A DNA stretch of 64,000 bases from an uncultured Candidatus Poseidoniales archaeon (GTDB lineage: Archaea > Thermoplasmatota > Poseidoniia > Poseidoniales > Thalassarchaeaceae). The DNA lies in assembly GCA_964401115.1 (NCBI GenBank), contig CAYNXD010000052.1, forward strand, positions 14-64,013, written 5' to 3'. The position numbers and the translations under genes were made by a program. The notes beneath the pieces were generated by a model, which was given only the letters and a program-made list of their open reading frames with translations, did no database searches and was not told the DNA's origin. Each line of letters begins with the position of its first letter. The first letter of the stretch is position 1. Of this stretch, positions 9,507 to 19,676 are shown one piece after another.

Positions 9507-11048
9507 TCATGGAAAACTACGACTAATTGATAAAAATGGATTATATGGATCAAAAGAATCTGATTGAGAAATTGAATGAGCTGTTAAATGCAGACCTGCT
9601 TTTTCGCCAACCGCTGCTGCAATCACAGCCACCTTTTCATCACCACATGAAGACCATCCGTCGGGCCATTCCCTCTCAATAAAATCGGTGGTTGTTGCAC
9701 CAGATGCAAATTGCGGATTGGTTATCACATCCTTAAGGAATTCAATGTTAGTAGTGACCCCTAGAACTATGAAATCACTCAAGGCACGACGCATTCTTTC
9801 AATTGCGGAATCTCTATCAGATGCATGAACTATCAATTTTGCCAGCATTGGGTCGAATTCAATTCCTGCTTTATCCCCCTCCCTAACACCGGAGTCAAGA
9901 CGAATTCCTGGACCTTCAGGTGGCCTCCAAATTCTCAGCGGGCCCGTTGCAGGCAGGAAACCATTAGCTGCATCCTCGGAGTAAATTCTCGCCTCAATCG
10001 CCCACCCCCTAGGGGTAACTTGCTCTTGAGAAATGCTCAAGGGCAGGCCTGCGGCTATTCTCAATTGCTCTTGAACTAAATCAACTCCTGTAATGAATTC
10101 AGTTACAGGGTGTTCCACCTGTAGCCTAGTATTCATCTCCAGGAAGAAAAATTCATTGCCCGATTGAAGAAATTCAACTGTACCTGCACCGACATAGTTA
10201 ACTGCTCTTGCAGCGCTTATCGCCGCCTCCCCCATAGCATTACGTAATTCAGGAGTTATTGCAACGCTTGGTGCTTCTTCTATTACCTTCTGATGCCTTC
10301 GCTGAATACTACACTCACGCTCAAGAAGGTGTATTGCGCCTCCATGAGTGTCGCAGAGGAGTTGGATCTCAATATGACGCGGCGCAACGATTCTTCTCTC
10401 AATGTATACAGTATCATCACCAAATGAAGACAGTGCTTCTCGCTGTGCTGCGAGATATGATGACTCTAATTGTCCTGGAGAATCGACTTCCCTCATCCCT
10501 TTACCACCCCCTCCTGCAGAGGCCTTTAACAAAACAGGATAACCAATATCACCAGCCAACTGATGAAGTTCATTCACGGTCTCGGAGAGTGAGTTTCCTG
10601 ACGCCAACTCTGCGCCAGGAACGAGAGGCACTTCTGCATCAAGCATTAGACGTCGAGAACGAACTTTATCTCCCATGGAATCTATCGCCTTTGCAGGTGG
10701 CCCTATCCAAATTATGCCATTTGCCCCGACTAATTCAGCAAAATCAGACCTTTCAGAAAGAAATCCGTACCCTGGATGAAGCGCATCTGCACCAGACGAA
10801 ATACATGCATTGATAATCGCAGTATGTGAAAGATAAGTGGATGAAAGATCGGTCCCCTCAAGATGAACTGAATCATCAGCTAAATCTACATGCATTGCAT
10901 CTATATCTGAATCATTGAAAATTGCAACAGTAGCAAGACCCATTTCCTTACATCCTCGAATTATTCGACATGCAATTTCACCCCTGTTAGCAATCAACAC
11001 CTTACTGAACTTGAATGGAGCTTCAGAAATCCATACAGGGAGAGTCAT
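9507..11048 (-). CDS. accC: biotin carboxylase subunit of acyl-CoA carboxylase
   Basis: N-terminal KVLIANRGEIACRIIR, ATP-grasp core, length 513 aa. Confidence 0.85.
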   Translation of the reverse strand: MTLPVWISEAPFKFSKVLIANRGEIACRIIRGCKEMGLATVAIFNDSDIDAMHVDLADDSVHLEGTDLSSTYLSHTAIINACISSGADALHPGYGFLSERSDFAELVGANGIIWIGPPAKAIDSMGDKVRSRRLMLDAEVPLVPGAELASGNSLSETVNELHQLAGDIGYPVLLKASAGGGGKGMREVDSPGQLESSYLAAQREALSSFGDDTVYIERRIVAPRHIEIQLLCDTHGGAIHLLERECSIQRRHQKVIEEAPSVAITPELRNAMGEAAISAARAVNYVGAGTVEFLQSGNEFFFLEMNTRLQVEHPVTEFITGVDLVQEQLRIAAGLPLSISQEQVTPRGWAIEARIYSEDAANGFLPATGPLRIWRPPEGPGIRLDSGVREGDKAGIEFDPMLAKLIVHASDRDSAIERMRRALSDFIVLGVTTNIEFLKDVITNPQFASGATTTDFIEREWPDGWSSCGDEKVAVIAAAVGEKAGLHLTAHSISQSDSFDPYNPFLSISRSFP

Positions 11049-11053
11049 TTATT

Positions 11054-11953
11054 TCACTCCTCATTCCAATTTGGCGAGCGCTTCTCTAGGAACGAGGCAA
11101 GGCCTTCTTGACCCTCTTCAGAACCACGCATCGCGCTTGTCTTGTCAAGAGTCCATGTCCGCAACTCTTCGTCAGTACCGGACCACCTGTCAAATGTGAG
11201 TGTTAGTTTCTTAGCCTCTGCAACCGCCATTGGTCCAGTCGTCAATACTTCATCAATTACCTTTTGGATTTCTCCTTCACTTACAGGGAAGGGCCTGTCA
11301 TCTTCCACCCAATAGGAATTGATGAGACCAACATGCTTTGCCTCAGCCTCACCTATTCGGCCTGCTAACATTGAAAGACGACGAAATTCGGCACTACCAA
11401 CTTTCCTGTAAACGTAAGGCCCAATGACTGCAGGTAAGATACCTAACTTTCCTTCAGACAATGCTATTTTGATATGTTGTCCTGAACCAATAACGTGATC
11501 GAGGCAGGCAATAAGACCAACCCCCCCTCCGAGAGCAACCCCCTGAACCTTGCCTATTGTGAAACATGGGTGGGACCAGAGGCTGCTGAACAACCTATCA
11601 AGTCTTTCCGAATCAGCACGGTTCTCTTCCGGACTCTTTGCACCGGCATCCCGCATCATATTGATGTCCGCGCCTGCACAGAAATGTTTGCCTGCCCCCC
11701 TCAATACTATGACCCTGAAATAAGGTTGTCCAGATGCATCTTTGAGATTTCCACGCTCACCAACTGAACGCTCTCTAGTCCAATCCAATATAGAGATGAT
11801 TTCACTAATGAGTTGAATATTTAGTGCATTATACACATCTTCACGCTTTAGTGTCAAGTGACCAATTGGCCCCTCAATTCTAAGAGAGCAAAGACTCGTT
11901 TCTGGCTTCGAATCTCCAATTGCATAATTTGACATCTCAATTGCTCCTTTCAC
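11054..11953 (-). CDS. enoyl-CoA hydratase/isomerase (crotonase) family, possibly methylglutaconyl-CoA hydratase
   Basis: Crotonase oxyanion-hole motif [17 protein letters not shown]; 4-bp overlap with upstream carboxyltransferase suggests co-translation. Confidence 0.7.
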   Translation of the reverse strand: MKGAIEMSNYAIGDSKPETSLCSLRIEGPIGHLTLKREDVYNALNIQLISEIISILDWTRERSVGERGNLKDASGQPYFRVIVLRGAGKHFCAGADINMMRDAGAKSPEENRADSERLDRLFSSLWSHPCFTIGKVQGVALGGGVGLIACLDHVIGSGQHIKIALSEGKLGILPAVIGPYVYRKVGSAEFRRLSMLAGRIGEAEAKHVGLINSYWVEDDRPFPVSEGEIQKVIDEVLTTGPMAVAEAKKLTLTFDRWSGTDEELRTWTLDKTSAMRGSEEGQEGLASFLEKRSPNWNEE

Positions 11954-13611
11954 ATTCTGAAAATTCCATATTCTGTATCTGGTAGTGGTGCATTTAATGC
12001 TGCTGAAATACTCAAACCTAACACATCACGTGTATCCCTAGGATCAATGATACCATCATCCCAAATTCTAGCAGTAGCATAGTATGGAGATCCTTCGGTA
12101 TCATATTTTTCAAGAATTGGCCTCTGGAACTCATCCAATTCTTCACCTTCCATAGGTGACTTTCCTTCCCTTGCCCTCTGATCCTGTTTTACAGTAGTCA
12201 AAACACTAGATGCCTGAGGGCCACCCATTACTGAAATTCTAGAGTTCGGCCACATGAATAGGAACCGAGGGTCGTACCCCCTACCACACATAGCATAGTT
12301 CCCGGCACCGTGAGAACCACCGATAATTACTGTGAATTTCGGTACTGGGGCACAAGCTACCGCTGTAACCATCTTTGCACCGTCTTTAGCAATCCCACCT
12401 GCTTCATATTCACTACCTACCATAAATCCAGTAATATTCTGTAAGAAGATTAGTGGGGTTCCTCTCTGACCACATAACTCAACAAAATGTGCTGCCTTCA
12501 ATGCGGATTCACTAAACAGAATTCCATTATTTGCAATGATTCCAACAGGGTATCCATGAATTCTTGCAAATCCACAAACTATTGTTGTCCCGTAACGTGA
12601 CTTGAATTCATGGAAGCGAGAACCATCTACAATCCTTGCTATTACTTCCCTAACATCGTACGGCATACGGTTGTCATTTGGAATAATTCCCAACAATTCT
12701 TCAGAATCATAATGAGGAGGTTCGGGGGTGGTAATATCTAGTGCAACTTTGTATGGAGGCGGGAGGTTCTCGACAATATTTCTTACAATTCTAAGTGCTT
12801 CTTCTTCGTCTTCGGCAAAATGATCTGCAACACCTGACTTAACTGTATGAATCTCTGCACCACCAAGTTCCTCAGCAGTCACCTCTTCCCCTGTTGCAGC
12901 TTTGACCAATGGGGGGCCACCTAGGAAAATTGTACCATTACCCTTCACAATGATTGATTCATCACTCATAGCAGGCACATAAGCACCCCCTGCGGTGCAT
13001 GAACCCAAAACTGCGGATATTTGTGGAATGCCTTTCCCACTCATTACTGCTTGATTGAAGAATATCCTTCCGAAGTGCTCCCTGTCTGGAAAAACTTCAT
13101 CCTGCATAGGTAGGAATGCGCCGCCTGAATCAACCAAATATATGCACGGCAGATGGTTCTGCTCGGCTATTTTCTGAGCCCTGATATGTTTTTTTACAGT
13201 TGTTGGGTAGTAAGACCCCCCTTTGATTGTGGCATCGTTAGCAACAAACATACATTCTCTACCATGGACCATTCCAATCCCTGTAATTACTCCAGCACTA
13301 TGCGCATTCCCATCATAGAGCCCGTTTGCTGCAAGTGTGCTCAACTCAAGAAATGCCGTCCCAGCGTCACAAATGGCAGATATTCTCTCTCTAGCCAACA
13401 TTTTTCCGCGACTGCGGTGGCGCGCAACGTATTTGCCACCGCCACCCTGCTGAACCGTCTCTATTCGGCCCTTCAGCGCTGCAATTAGCGCCTTGTTTTC
13501 CTCTAGATTAGCATCATATTGTTCATCGCCAGAACGCACCGAAGTAGGTAGTCTATCCATGTCGACCCATAGGGTCGAAAACAAACAGGTGCTTGAACGG
13601 TGCGGCTTCAA
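11950..13611 (-). CDS. acyl-CoA carboxylase carboxyltransferase (beta) subunit, methylcrotonyl-/propionyl-CoA carboxylase type
   Basis: N-terminal segment [36 protein letters not shown] matches the carboxyltransferase beta-subunit signature. True start may be the internal Met (MDRLPTS, ~13560). Confidence 0.8.
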   Translation of the reverse strand: MKPHRSSTCLFSTLWVDMDRLPTSVRSGDEQYDANLEENKALIAALKGRIETVQQGGGGKYVARHRSRGKMLARERISAICDAGTAFLELSTLAANGLYDGNAHSAGVITGIGMVHGRECMFVANDATIKGGSYYPTTVKKHIRAQKIAEQNHLPCIYLVDSGGAFLPMQDEVFPDREHFGRIFFNQAVMSGKGIPQISAVLGSCTAGGAYVPAMSDESIIVKGNGTIFLGGPPLVKAATGEEVTAEELGGAEIHTVKSGVADHFAEDEEEALRIVRNIVENLPPPYKVALDITTPEPPHYDSEELLGIIPNDNRMPYDVREVIARIVDGSRFHEFKSRYGTTIVCGFARIHGYPVGIIANNGILFSESALKAAHFVELCGQRGTPLIFLQNITGFMVGSEYEAGGIAKDGAKMVTAVACAPVPKFTVIIGGSHGAGNYAMCGRGYDPRFLFMWPNSRISVMGGPQASSVLTTVKQDQRAREGKSPMEGEELDEFQRPILEKYDTEGSPYYATARIWDDGIIDPRDTRDVLGLSISAALNAPLPDTEYGIFRM

Positions 13612-14933
13612 ACACCCAACATTAGCCTTCCTAAGTCCCTTAAGCCTGGAGCCAAACCAACTGTTAGTAAACCAAGAACAACAAGTAGTCGCAAGTGAGA
13701 TTGTCGTTGTTCAAATCTCCATTCTGCAAAGAATAATACAATTACAAATGCCAAAAACATCTTCACAACTAAAAATCCCCAACCACCTCCGGCACCACTC
13801 TCAGTACCTCCTGCTAATTCCATTACAAAGGCTGAAAGAACATGCTTCTCGGAATATCCGAAAACATCAACCCCCACCCAAGAGGCAAAACCATCTACAA
13901 GTTGTCCATAAACCGCAAGCAAAACTATTGGTGTTGAAAAGGCAGCACTACGAACCAATTTCTCATAATCTTCATGTTCATCGCCCTCAAAACTCTCCCA
14001 CTGCTCTAAAGTTACCCCTTCATCAAGAATTCCTGGGATCTGCCCTTTTTCAGTTAAGAAAGAATATGCTTCCTTTCCACGATGATGTAGCATGGAAACA
14101 AACAAAATTGGAAAGGCAAGGACGACCAATGCCGGCCATAATACCAATTCATCCGTACTGGATTGTATTTCGGCAAATTGTAGCAATTTTGCTGTGACTA
14201 AAAGACATGCACCAATACCAGACAAAAGTATGCTGAGCTCCAACACCCCCCAGTCTGCAATTTTTTGTTTCAAAGTTAAAACATCTGATTCAAATAAGAA
14301 ATAGCAAATTAGTGGAACCATCACAAATAACCCCACATTTTGAGCTGAGGTGAATTCGTAAAACAAAAATAAATGGCTGGAAATAATGATTACTAGAGTG
14401 AGTAATGGAACTAGCAATTTATTTTCCGGGCCTCGACCCCAATTTTTCATTAAATAAACAATAATCCCCGACAACACGATCCAACCTGCTGTTTGAAAAT
14501 GGATTAATGGTGATACAAATAAGGAATCAACATCCGATGGGAAAAGTCGAGCGTCCTCAGCTACTTCCACCAATACTGCCCAAAGTACCCAAGGCAATAA
14601 TGAGTAAAGCATTCTTTCATTGTCCGAAACCCCCAACTCCCGCAACCACGCAGAAAGTGAGACAATGAAAGCAACGAGAAGTATGGAGTAAGCGGCAGTA
14701 TCTACTGGATTGTAACTTGAATCACCACCACCCTCGCCTAGAATTGGCTCTACAAAGTTCAAATCGACTATGTCCCAAATAAACCAAAAGTCCGCATAAA
14801 GACCCAAAAGATATCCAATTCCCGGTAAAGAAAGACCTATACCTATAATTGTAAAAGCCACTAATTCATAATTAGCAAAATTACCGAGTGAATAATTCTT
14901 AGGTGGAGATTCGCCATCGGACATTTCCATCAA
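13608..14933 (-). CDS. polytopic membrane protein of unknown function
   Basis: Multiple hydrophobic segments; no recognisable catalytic motif. Confidence 0.4.
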   Translation of the reverse strand: MMEMSDGESPPKNYSLGNFANYELVAFTIIGIGLSLPGIGYLLGLYADFWFIWDIVDLNFVEPILGEGGGDSSYNPVDTAAYSILLVAFIVSLSAWLRELGVSDNERMLYSLLPWVLWAVLVEVAEDARLFPSDVDSLFVSPLIHFQTAGWIVLSGIIVYLMKNWGRGPENKLLVPLLTLVIIISSHLFLFYEFTSAQNVGLFVMVPLICYFLFESDVLTLKQKIADWGVLELSILLSGIGACLLVTAKLLQFAEIQSSTDELVLWPALVVLAFPILFVSMLHHRGKEAYSFLTEKGQIPGILDEGVTLEQWESFEGDEHEDYEKLVRSAAFSTPIVLLAVYGQLVDGFASWVGVDVFGYSEKHVLSAFVMELAGGTESGAGGGWGFLVVKMFLAFVIVLFFAEWRFEQRQSHLRLLVVLGLLTVGLAPGLRDLGRLMLGV

Positions 14934-14961
14934 ATCACCAAGGATATTCTAGCTAAAGAAT

Positions 14962-15684
14962 TCACTCCTCTTCACTAGATTCTTCGTCATCCTCTTCATT
15001 TGCTTCACGGAAGGGATGTACATCTCTGAATGTAATTGTTCTAGCACCCACACTATCACGTAGAGAACGAATGAGTTGGAACTTTGCCATACCCCATGAT
15101 TGATCGTATCCTATAAATTCTGGTACTTTAATATCTACATCATCTCCATCAAATGAAACTTCAAAATCATCTGAGCCGGTCGTCATTTTTAGAAGAGTTG
15201 TTACCATTTCTTCCCTATCCTCAACCACCTTAGTGATTCTGTAATTATAACGAAGAGTTTTGCCGGCCAACTCATGGTTGAAATCGATACGAGCACGCCC
15301 AGCACGGAACATCACGAGAGTACCCTTACGATCACCTATTTGCACTGAGCCACCAACTTGAAGATTGTCAGGATCACGTACTTGACGTGCCAATTGCTGC
15401 GGCCCAAAATATTCTACAAGATTTGCATCACGTAATCCGTAACCCTGTTCTGGAGGAATATCGATGTCATAATCTGTATCTACTTCTGCTTCGGCTAAAC
15501 TATCTTCAAAACCTGCAATTAGCCGACCTTCGCCAATAGTGACGCATAATGGTTCGTAATTCCGATCCTCGACATGTGAGTCATTTGACTTGGCAATTTC
15601 CTCACGCGTGGTTTCGATTAAATCTCCAGATTCAGCATCAAACAGGTCGTAATCAATGTAGACAATTGTTCCTTCTTCCATCAT
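14962..15684 (-). CDS. FKBP-type peptidyl-prolyl cis-trans isomerase (SlyD-like long archaeal FKBP) with acidic C-terminal tail
   Basis: VTIGEGRLIAGFEDSLAEAEV and YNYRITKV segments typical of archaeal FKBP with IF insert; DEE-rich C-terminus. Confidence 0.65.
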   Translation of the reverse strand: MMEEGTIVYIDYDLFDAESGDLIETTREEIAKSNDSHVEDRNYEPLCVTIGEGRLIAGFEDSLAEAEVDTDYDIDIPPEQGYGLRDANLVEYFGPQQLARQVRDPDNLQVGGSVQIGDRKGTLVMFRAGRARIDFNHELAGKTLRYNYRITKVVEDREEMVTTLLKMTTGSDDFEVSFDGDDVDIKVPEFIGYDQSWGMAKFQLIRSLRDSVGARTITFRDVHPFREANEEDDEESSEEE

Positions 15685-15758
15685 TTACCACTCCACGCCC
15701 CTACGGGGCGAGCCGCCGACCGACTCTCCCTTTATCAGTGAGCCGGTAATTGTTAGAT

Positions 15759-18320
15759 TTACGTTGAAGGGGTTTTGCTATCCTTTTCCTTTGAGTATGA
15801 AGTAATCCAAATAGTGAATGATGAGAGTATTATCATAAGCCAGCCGGCCCAAACAAGATGACTACCGGGCAAGTGGTATACTGTTAGCCGGACTCTATCA
15901 AGTTCGACATCACCTGAAGACATATCAATTGAATCTGATGCGTTACCTAACTCTTGAGTTTGTGACCAATCAAATATGAATATTGTATCCCCGGTTAATG
16001 ATGAATAACGCGCCACCTCACTTCTTGGGAATCCATTAGAATCATCGAATCTGAGCATGCCTGGATTGACCACTTCAAGCAGATTACCCGCGCCGTCCCT
16101 AACTTCGATTTCCGCACCTAGAAAGCCGTCACCAACTTTGAATCGATCTACGAATGCCTCGTCGCTGGATGATAGCACGGTCCATTCAGTGAAGGTCAAA
16201 TGGAGGCCTTCATGAGATAATTCGTCTCCTTTTACCAGCACTACTTGATGACTAGGATCAGTTCTATCAACTAGAGTTGTTGTGAAGATATGTCCCACTA
16301 GCAGTAACATAATTCCGACATGAGCTGTGTGTGAAAGAGCACTGCGTAACTTAGCATTAGAATAGCCATCAATTGTTTTTCTAGTTAGGTCATATGCTAA
16401 TCTAATTAGAGAAGGTATTGCAACCACAATTAAAGGTAGCATTAGCCAAGCCACATCTCCACGAACAATTATTTCACTGAATTCAGAATTACTATCGCCA
16501 GCCAATGGAATATTGAGAACCGCACCTAAGGTGACACCAAGTAAAATGAATCCAGCTAAGAGGAAAGGTACGAACCTAGGTGGAACTGTTCCTTTCCAAG
16601 AATAAGTTGCAAGTCCTGCAGCCACAATCAGAATTAAGGGGCTACCGAACATCTCATGCATGCCTAATGATGCTCCATCAATGCTAGCCAGCATCAACAT
16701 CCAAGTCAGGGTAAGAAAAATCGCGCCTATGACCACTGGTGTATAGCGAGCAAGACGTAACTGGACTTTTCTAGTAGTAAATTTAGAAAGACGCTCCAAT
16801 AGTGGTTGTTCTTCTTCATCAGAACCCTGAGTTAATACTGGCCAAAGGAATATGAGCATAGCAATCCCTGCAATGCTAACTTCAATTAGGAAGGCATAGG
16901 TAGCCGTTAAAATAATTGTAATCCCAGTAATAGTCCAGACATTATCTGAATCATTTCTCACACTAGCCTTCAATAGCATCACGACACATAGAAGAAAACC
17001 CACCACATAATCCTCAATGAAATATGATAACAACAATATCGCAACCATTGAAAGTGACTTTTGGGTGTTGTCAAATAATTCTGGTAGGGTGTTTTTAGGT
17101 GGCCATAATAATACAATTAATGAGGTAGATGCAAATAATAGGATTGCTGCTGGAGGTAACAACTCTACCCAATTTTTCTCAGAACCCAATAAATCTATGG
17201 AAATGAAGCGGGATAAAGGGATTAATGGAAGCATGAATAAAGAATATTGGCTAATCTTGCGCCATCTTTTTTGATCACCAATATCACTTTGAGCAATTAT
17301 CAACCAAGCAACTGTGATAGATAATATGACAACCAAAGAGGCAAGATAAGTGGTTACTTCAGTACCAGCAATTCCTTGTCCTTGAAGTTCAATTAATCGG
17401 CCAATTGCGGAATCGCTTCTTCCATCTGTCTCATCACCAATAAACGCATGAACTGAAGCCCAAACTCCGTTTGCTCTTGTGACCATTGTCGCATGAATGG
17501 AAAACCAACCAGGAAGGATAGCTAGAGGGACTGCCCATTTTGAGGTGTCTTTAGCAGGATTAACTCGTAAGTGAAGAAGAAGAAGAAGACTGAGCCAAGG
17601 TAAAAGTGATGCCGTCTCGACAGGATCCCAAGCCCAGTACCCCCCCCAATCGAGGACTGTGTATGCCCATAAACCACCTAACCCAATACCAAGAGTACCT
17701 ACTGCAAACGCTGCCCTCGCTGATGGGAGAACATATTCTCGAACTTTCGTTCTCTCAGAAACTCCTTCTGTTAGGATAAATGCCAACGCCTTCAGCGTGA
17801 CTACCATACAAAGTGAATAATACAGAAAAACCAATGGTGGATGAATTACCATTAAATCGGTTTGTAACAAGGGATTCAATTCCCCACCCCAACTACTTTG
17901 TGCAAGCCTAAATGGGCGCATGATTAGCGCCAAAAGAAAGAGAGTTGAAATCACCCCATTGATTATTTTTCCGAATGTAATATCAGTTTCCTCATTTCCT
18001 TTATTTTGGAAAAATAATCCGCACAAGGCTAGAAAACCCGCCCATAGCAATGTGGGTCCTTCTCTACCACCCCATACTGCACTTATCCTATACAGTAGAG
18101 GCATTTCTCCACCACCATACAACCTAACAATATCAAAAGAAGTGGAATCTGATACAAAGAGAAATGTTAGAACAATAAAAGGTTGAATCTGAAGAATTAC
18201 TATGGCACGCTTGAGCCATTTTTTCAAGTCATTTGAAAGCTCCCCCCATGGTATGAAAAGGAATGCTATTGAAGATGCCAACGCAACCCAAAGGACCCAC
18301 TGCATGAAGTGCGCGAACAA
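15759..18320 (-). CDS. ccmF: CcmF-like cytochrome c-type biogenesis / heme-handling protein (WWD domain)
   Basis: WWD motif DWGGYWAWDPVET; >12 predicted TM helices; hydrophilic C-terminal extracytoplasmic domain. Confidence 0.6.
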   Translation of the reverse strand: MFAHFMQWVLWVALASSIAFLFIPWGELSNDLKKWLKRAIVILQIQPFIVLTFLFVSDSTSFDIVRLYGGGEMPLLYRISAVWGGREGPTLLWAGFLALCGLFFQNKGNEETDITFGKIINGVISTLFLLALIMRPFRLAQSSWGGELNPLLQTDLMVIHPPLVFLYYSLCMVVTLKALAFILTEGVSERTKVREYVLPSARAAFAVGTLGIGLGGLWAYTVLDWGGYWAWDPVETASLLPWLSLLLLLHLRVNPAKDTSKWAVPLAILPGWFSIHATMVTRANGVWASVHAFIGDETDGRSDSAIGRLIELQGQGIAGTEVTTYLASLVVILSITVAWLIIAQSDIGDQKRWRKISQYSLFMLPLIPLSRFISIDLLGSEKNWVELLPPAAILLFASTSLIVLLWPPKNTLPELFDNTQKSLSMVAILLLSYFIEDYVVGFLLCVVMLLKASVRNDSDNVWTITGITIILTATYAFLIEVSIAGIAMLIFLWPVLTQGSDEEEQPLLERLSKFTTRKVQLRLARYTPVVIGAIFLTLTWMLMLASIDGASLGMHEMFGSPLILIVAAGLATYSWKGTVPPRFVPFLLAGFILLGVTLGAVLNIPLAGDSNSEFSEIIVRGDVAWLMLPLIVVAIPSLIRLAYDLTRKTIDGYSNAKLRSALSHTAHVGIMLLLVGHIFTTTLVDRTDPSHQVVLVKGDELSHEGLHLTFTEWTVLSSSDEAFVDRFKVGDGFLGAEIEVRDGAGNLLEVVNPGMLRFDDSNGFPRSEVARYSSLTGDTIFIFDWSQTQELGNASDSIDMSSGDVELDRVRLTVYHLPGSHLVWAGWLMIILSSFTIWITSYSKEKDSKTPST

Positions 18321-18369
18321 GGGCTAGGGGATTGGGATTTCGGCGCGAAAATAGGTTGGCGGATTTACT

Positions 18370-19605
18370 TTACCAACCGTAATGTTTGGCGCGGCTATAA
18401 CCAAATGCAAGCATCGCTGGAATTATTCGTTTGAAATAGAGGCTCGGCCTACGAAATAAAAGACGGACCCCCACCATAGCCTTACCTGAAATACCCATTT
18501 CAGACATCTCTTCGGGGAAGCAACCACCCATTGCAGACATGTCATCATCACTGAGTGAATAAAGAGCCGTCTTCCCACGCAATATTTTCTCATAAGGAGG
18601 GAATTCATTCTTCCAGCGAGTATGGTATATCGCTAAATTATCGGCGGAAGTGTCTCCTGATTCAATTGCTTCAGCAGCGGTCTGAGCTGCAAAGGATGCT
18701 GATTTCAATGCTAAATGAGACCCCCCTTCGAATAGAGGAGACGTGAAACCAGCAGCATCACCAACTAACATAATGCCATCAGCGTGAGTTACCTCATGTG
18801 GCCCAGAAATAGGGATTGTACCTCCAAATGCCGGGTTCCCCTTCTCCTTCCATGGGGGGAGAACCTGATCAAGTTCCTTGAAGTCTGTATTGTCAATGAA
18901 CTCGTCTAAGGCCTTCTTAGCCCTAGTTCTGTCCTCGGTAACAAGCCCTACGTTGGCACGTCCATCGCACTTTGGAATCATCCACAAGTACCCCTTCTCG
19001 GCGTACTCTGGCCAAATGTAGAAGTCTAGATATCCATCCGTGGGGACTTGTAGCAGTTCATACTGCATTCCTGCAATTACTTTGGGTCTTGGGTTAAGGT
19101 CAAGTAATTTAGAACACACTCCAGCAACACCCGATGCATCGATGACTATCTTTGTTTCAAATGGAAACATGTCTCCTTTTCCTTCACAACGCCATCCCAT
19201 GAATTTTCCATCAACATCTATTCGTTCCATCCCAGTGAGTTTGTGAGACAGATGGAGTGCCGCACCATTAGCAACGGCTTCTTCTGCAAGCCATTGTTCA
19301 AACAGATGTTTTTCCAACACATAACCTGGCTCACTGAGTTTCTTGGCAGTACCGTCTGGAAATAGAACTCTAATCCCATCAACATGGCGGGAAATCACCT
19401 CATCTGGTAACTCAAGATTCAGATTATTGACCGCTATATCTGAAATGCATTCACCACAATGTACTGGGGTACCTATTTCATCGTGATCTTCGATAATCGC
19501 CACTTTAAGACCACGACGAGCAGCGTGTAGGGCTGCGGAACCGCCACCGGGTCCAGCACCTATGACGAGAACATCGCATTCTGTCGCCCCTGCTTCCATA
19601 ACCAT
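18370..19605 (-). CDS. geranylgeranyl reductase family FAD-dependent oxidoreductase (archaeal lipid saturation)
   Basis: FAD-binding VLVIGAGPGGGSAALHAARRGLKVAIIE and downstream GGR-family layout, 411 aa. Confidence 0.75.
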   Translation of the reverse strand: MVMEAGATECDVLVIGAGPGGGSAALHAARRGLKVAIIEDHDEIGTPVHCGECISDIAVNNLNLELPDEVISRHVDGIRVLFPDGTAKKLSEPGYVLEKHLFEQWLAEEAVANGAALHLSHKLTGMERIDVDGKFMGWRCEGKGDMFPFETKIVIDASGVAGVCSKLLDLNPRPKVIAGMQYELLQVPTDGYLDFYIWPEYAEKGYLWMIPKCDGRANVGLVTEDRTRAKKALDEFIDNTDFKELDQVLPPWKEKGNPAFGGTIPISGPHEVTHADGIMLVGDAAGFTSPLFEGGSHLALKSASFAAQTAAEAIESGDTSADNLAIYHTRWKNEFPPYEKILRGKTALYSLSDDDMSAMGGCFPEEMSEMGISGKAMVGVRLLFRRPSLYFKRIIPAMLAFGYSRAKHYGW

Positions 19606-19676
19606 AGGTGGGACGGGGCCCGCTTCATGAATAACTCGGTTAATTTGAGAACACCGTCTTCCTTGATATTTGATAT

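Noticed and set aside
10259-10813. 184-aa plus-strand ORF inside the biotin carboxylase gene
   Set aside because: Opposite strand of a well-conserved enzyme gene; composition is typical of an antisense frame.
13493-14197. 234-aa plus-strand ORF overlapping the membrane-protein gene
   Set aside because: Antisense to a hydrophobic gene; His/Gln/Pro-rich translation typical of a reverse frame, no domain.
15685-15758. GC-rich hairpin CGCCCC-TACG-GGGCG between the CcmF-like gene and the FKBP gene
   Set aside because: Short stem immediately upstream of the FKBP ribosome-binding region. It could be a terminator or leader hairpin, but archaeal termination relies mainly on T-runs, and there is no evidence beyond the palindrome.
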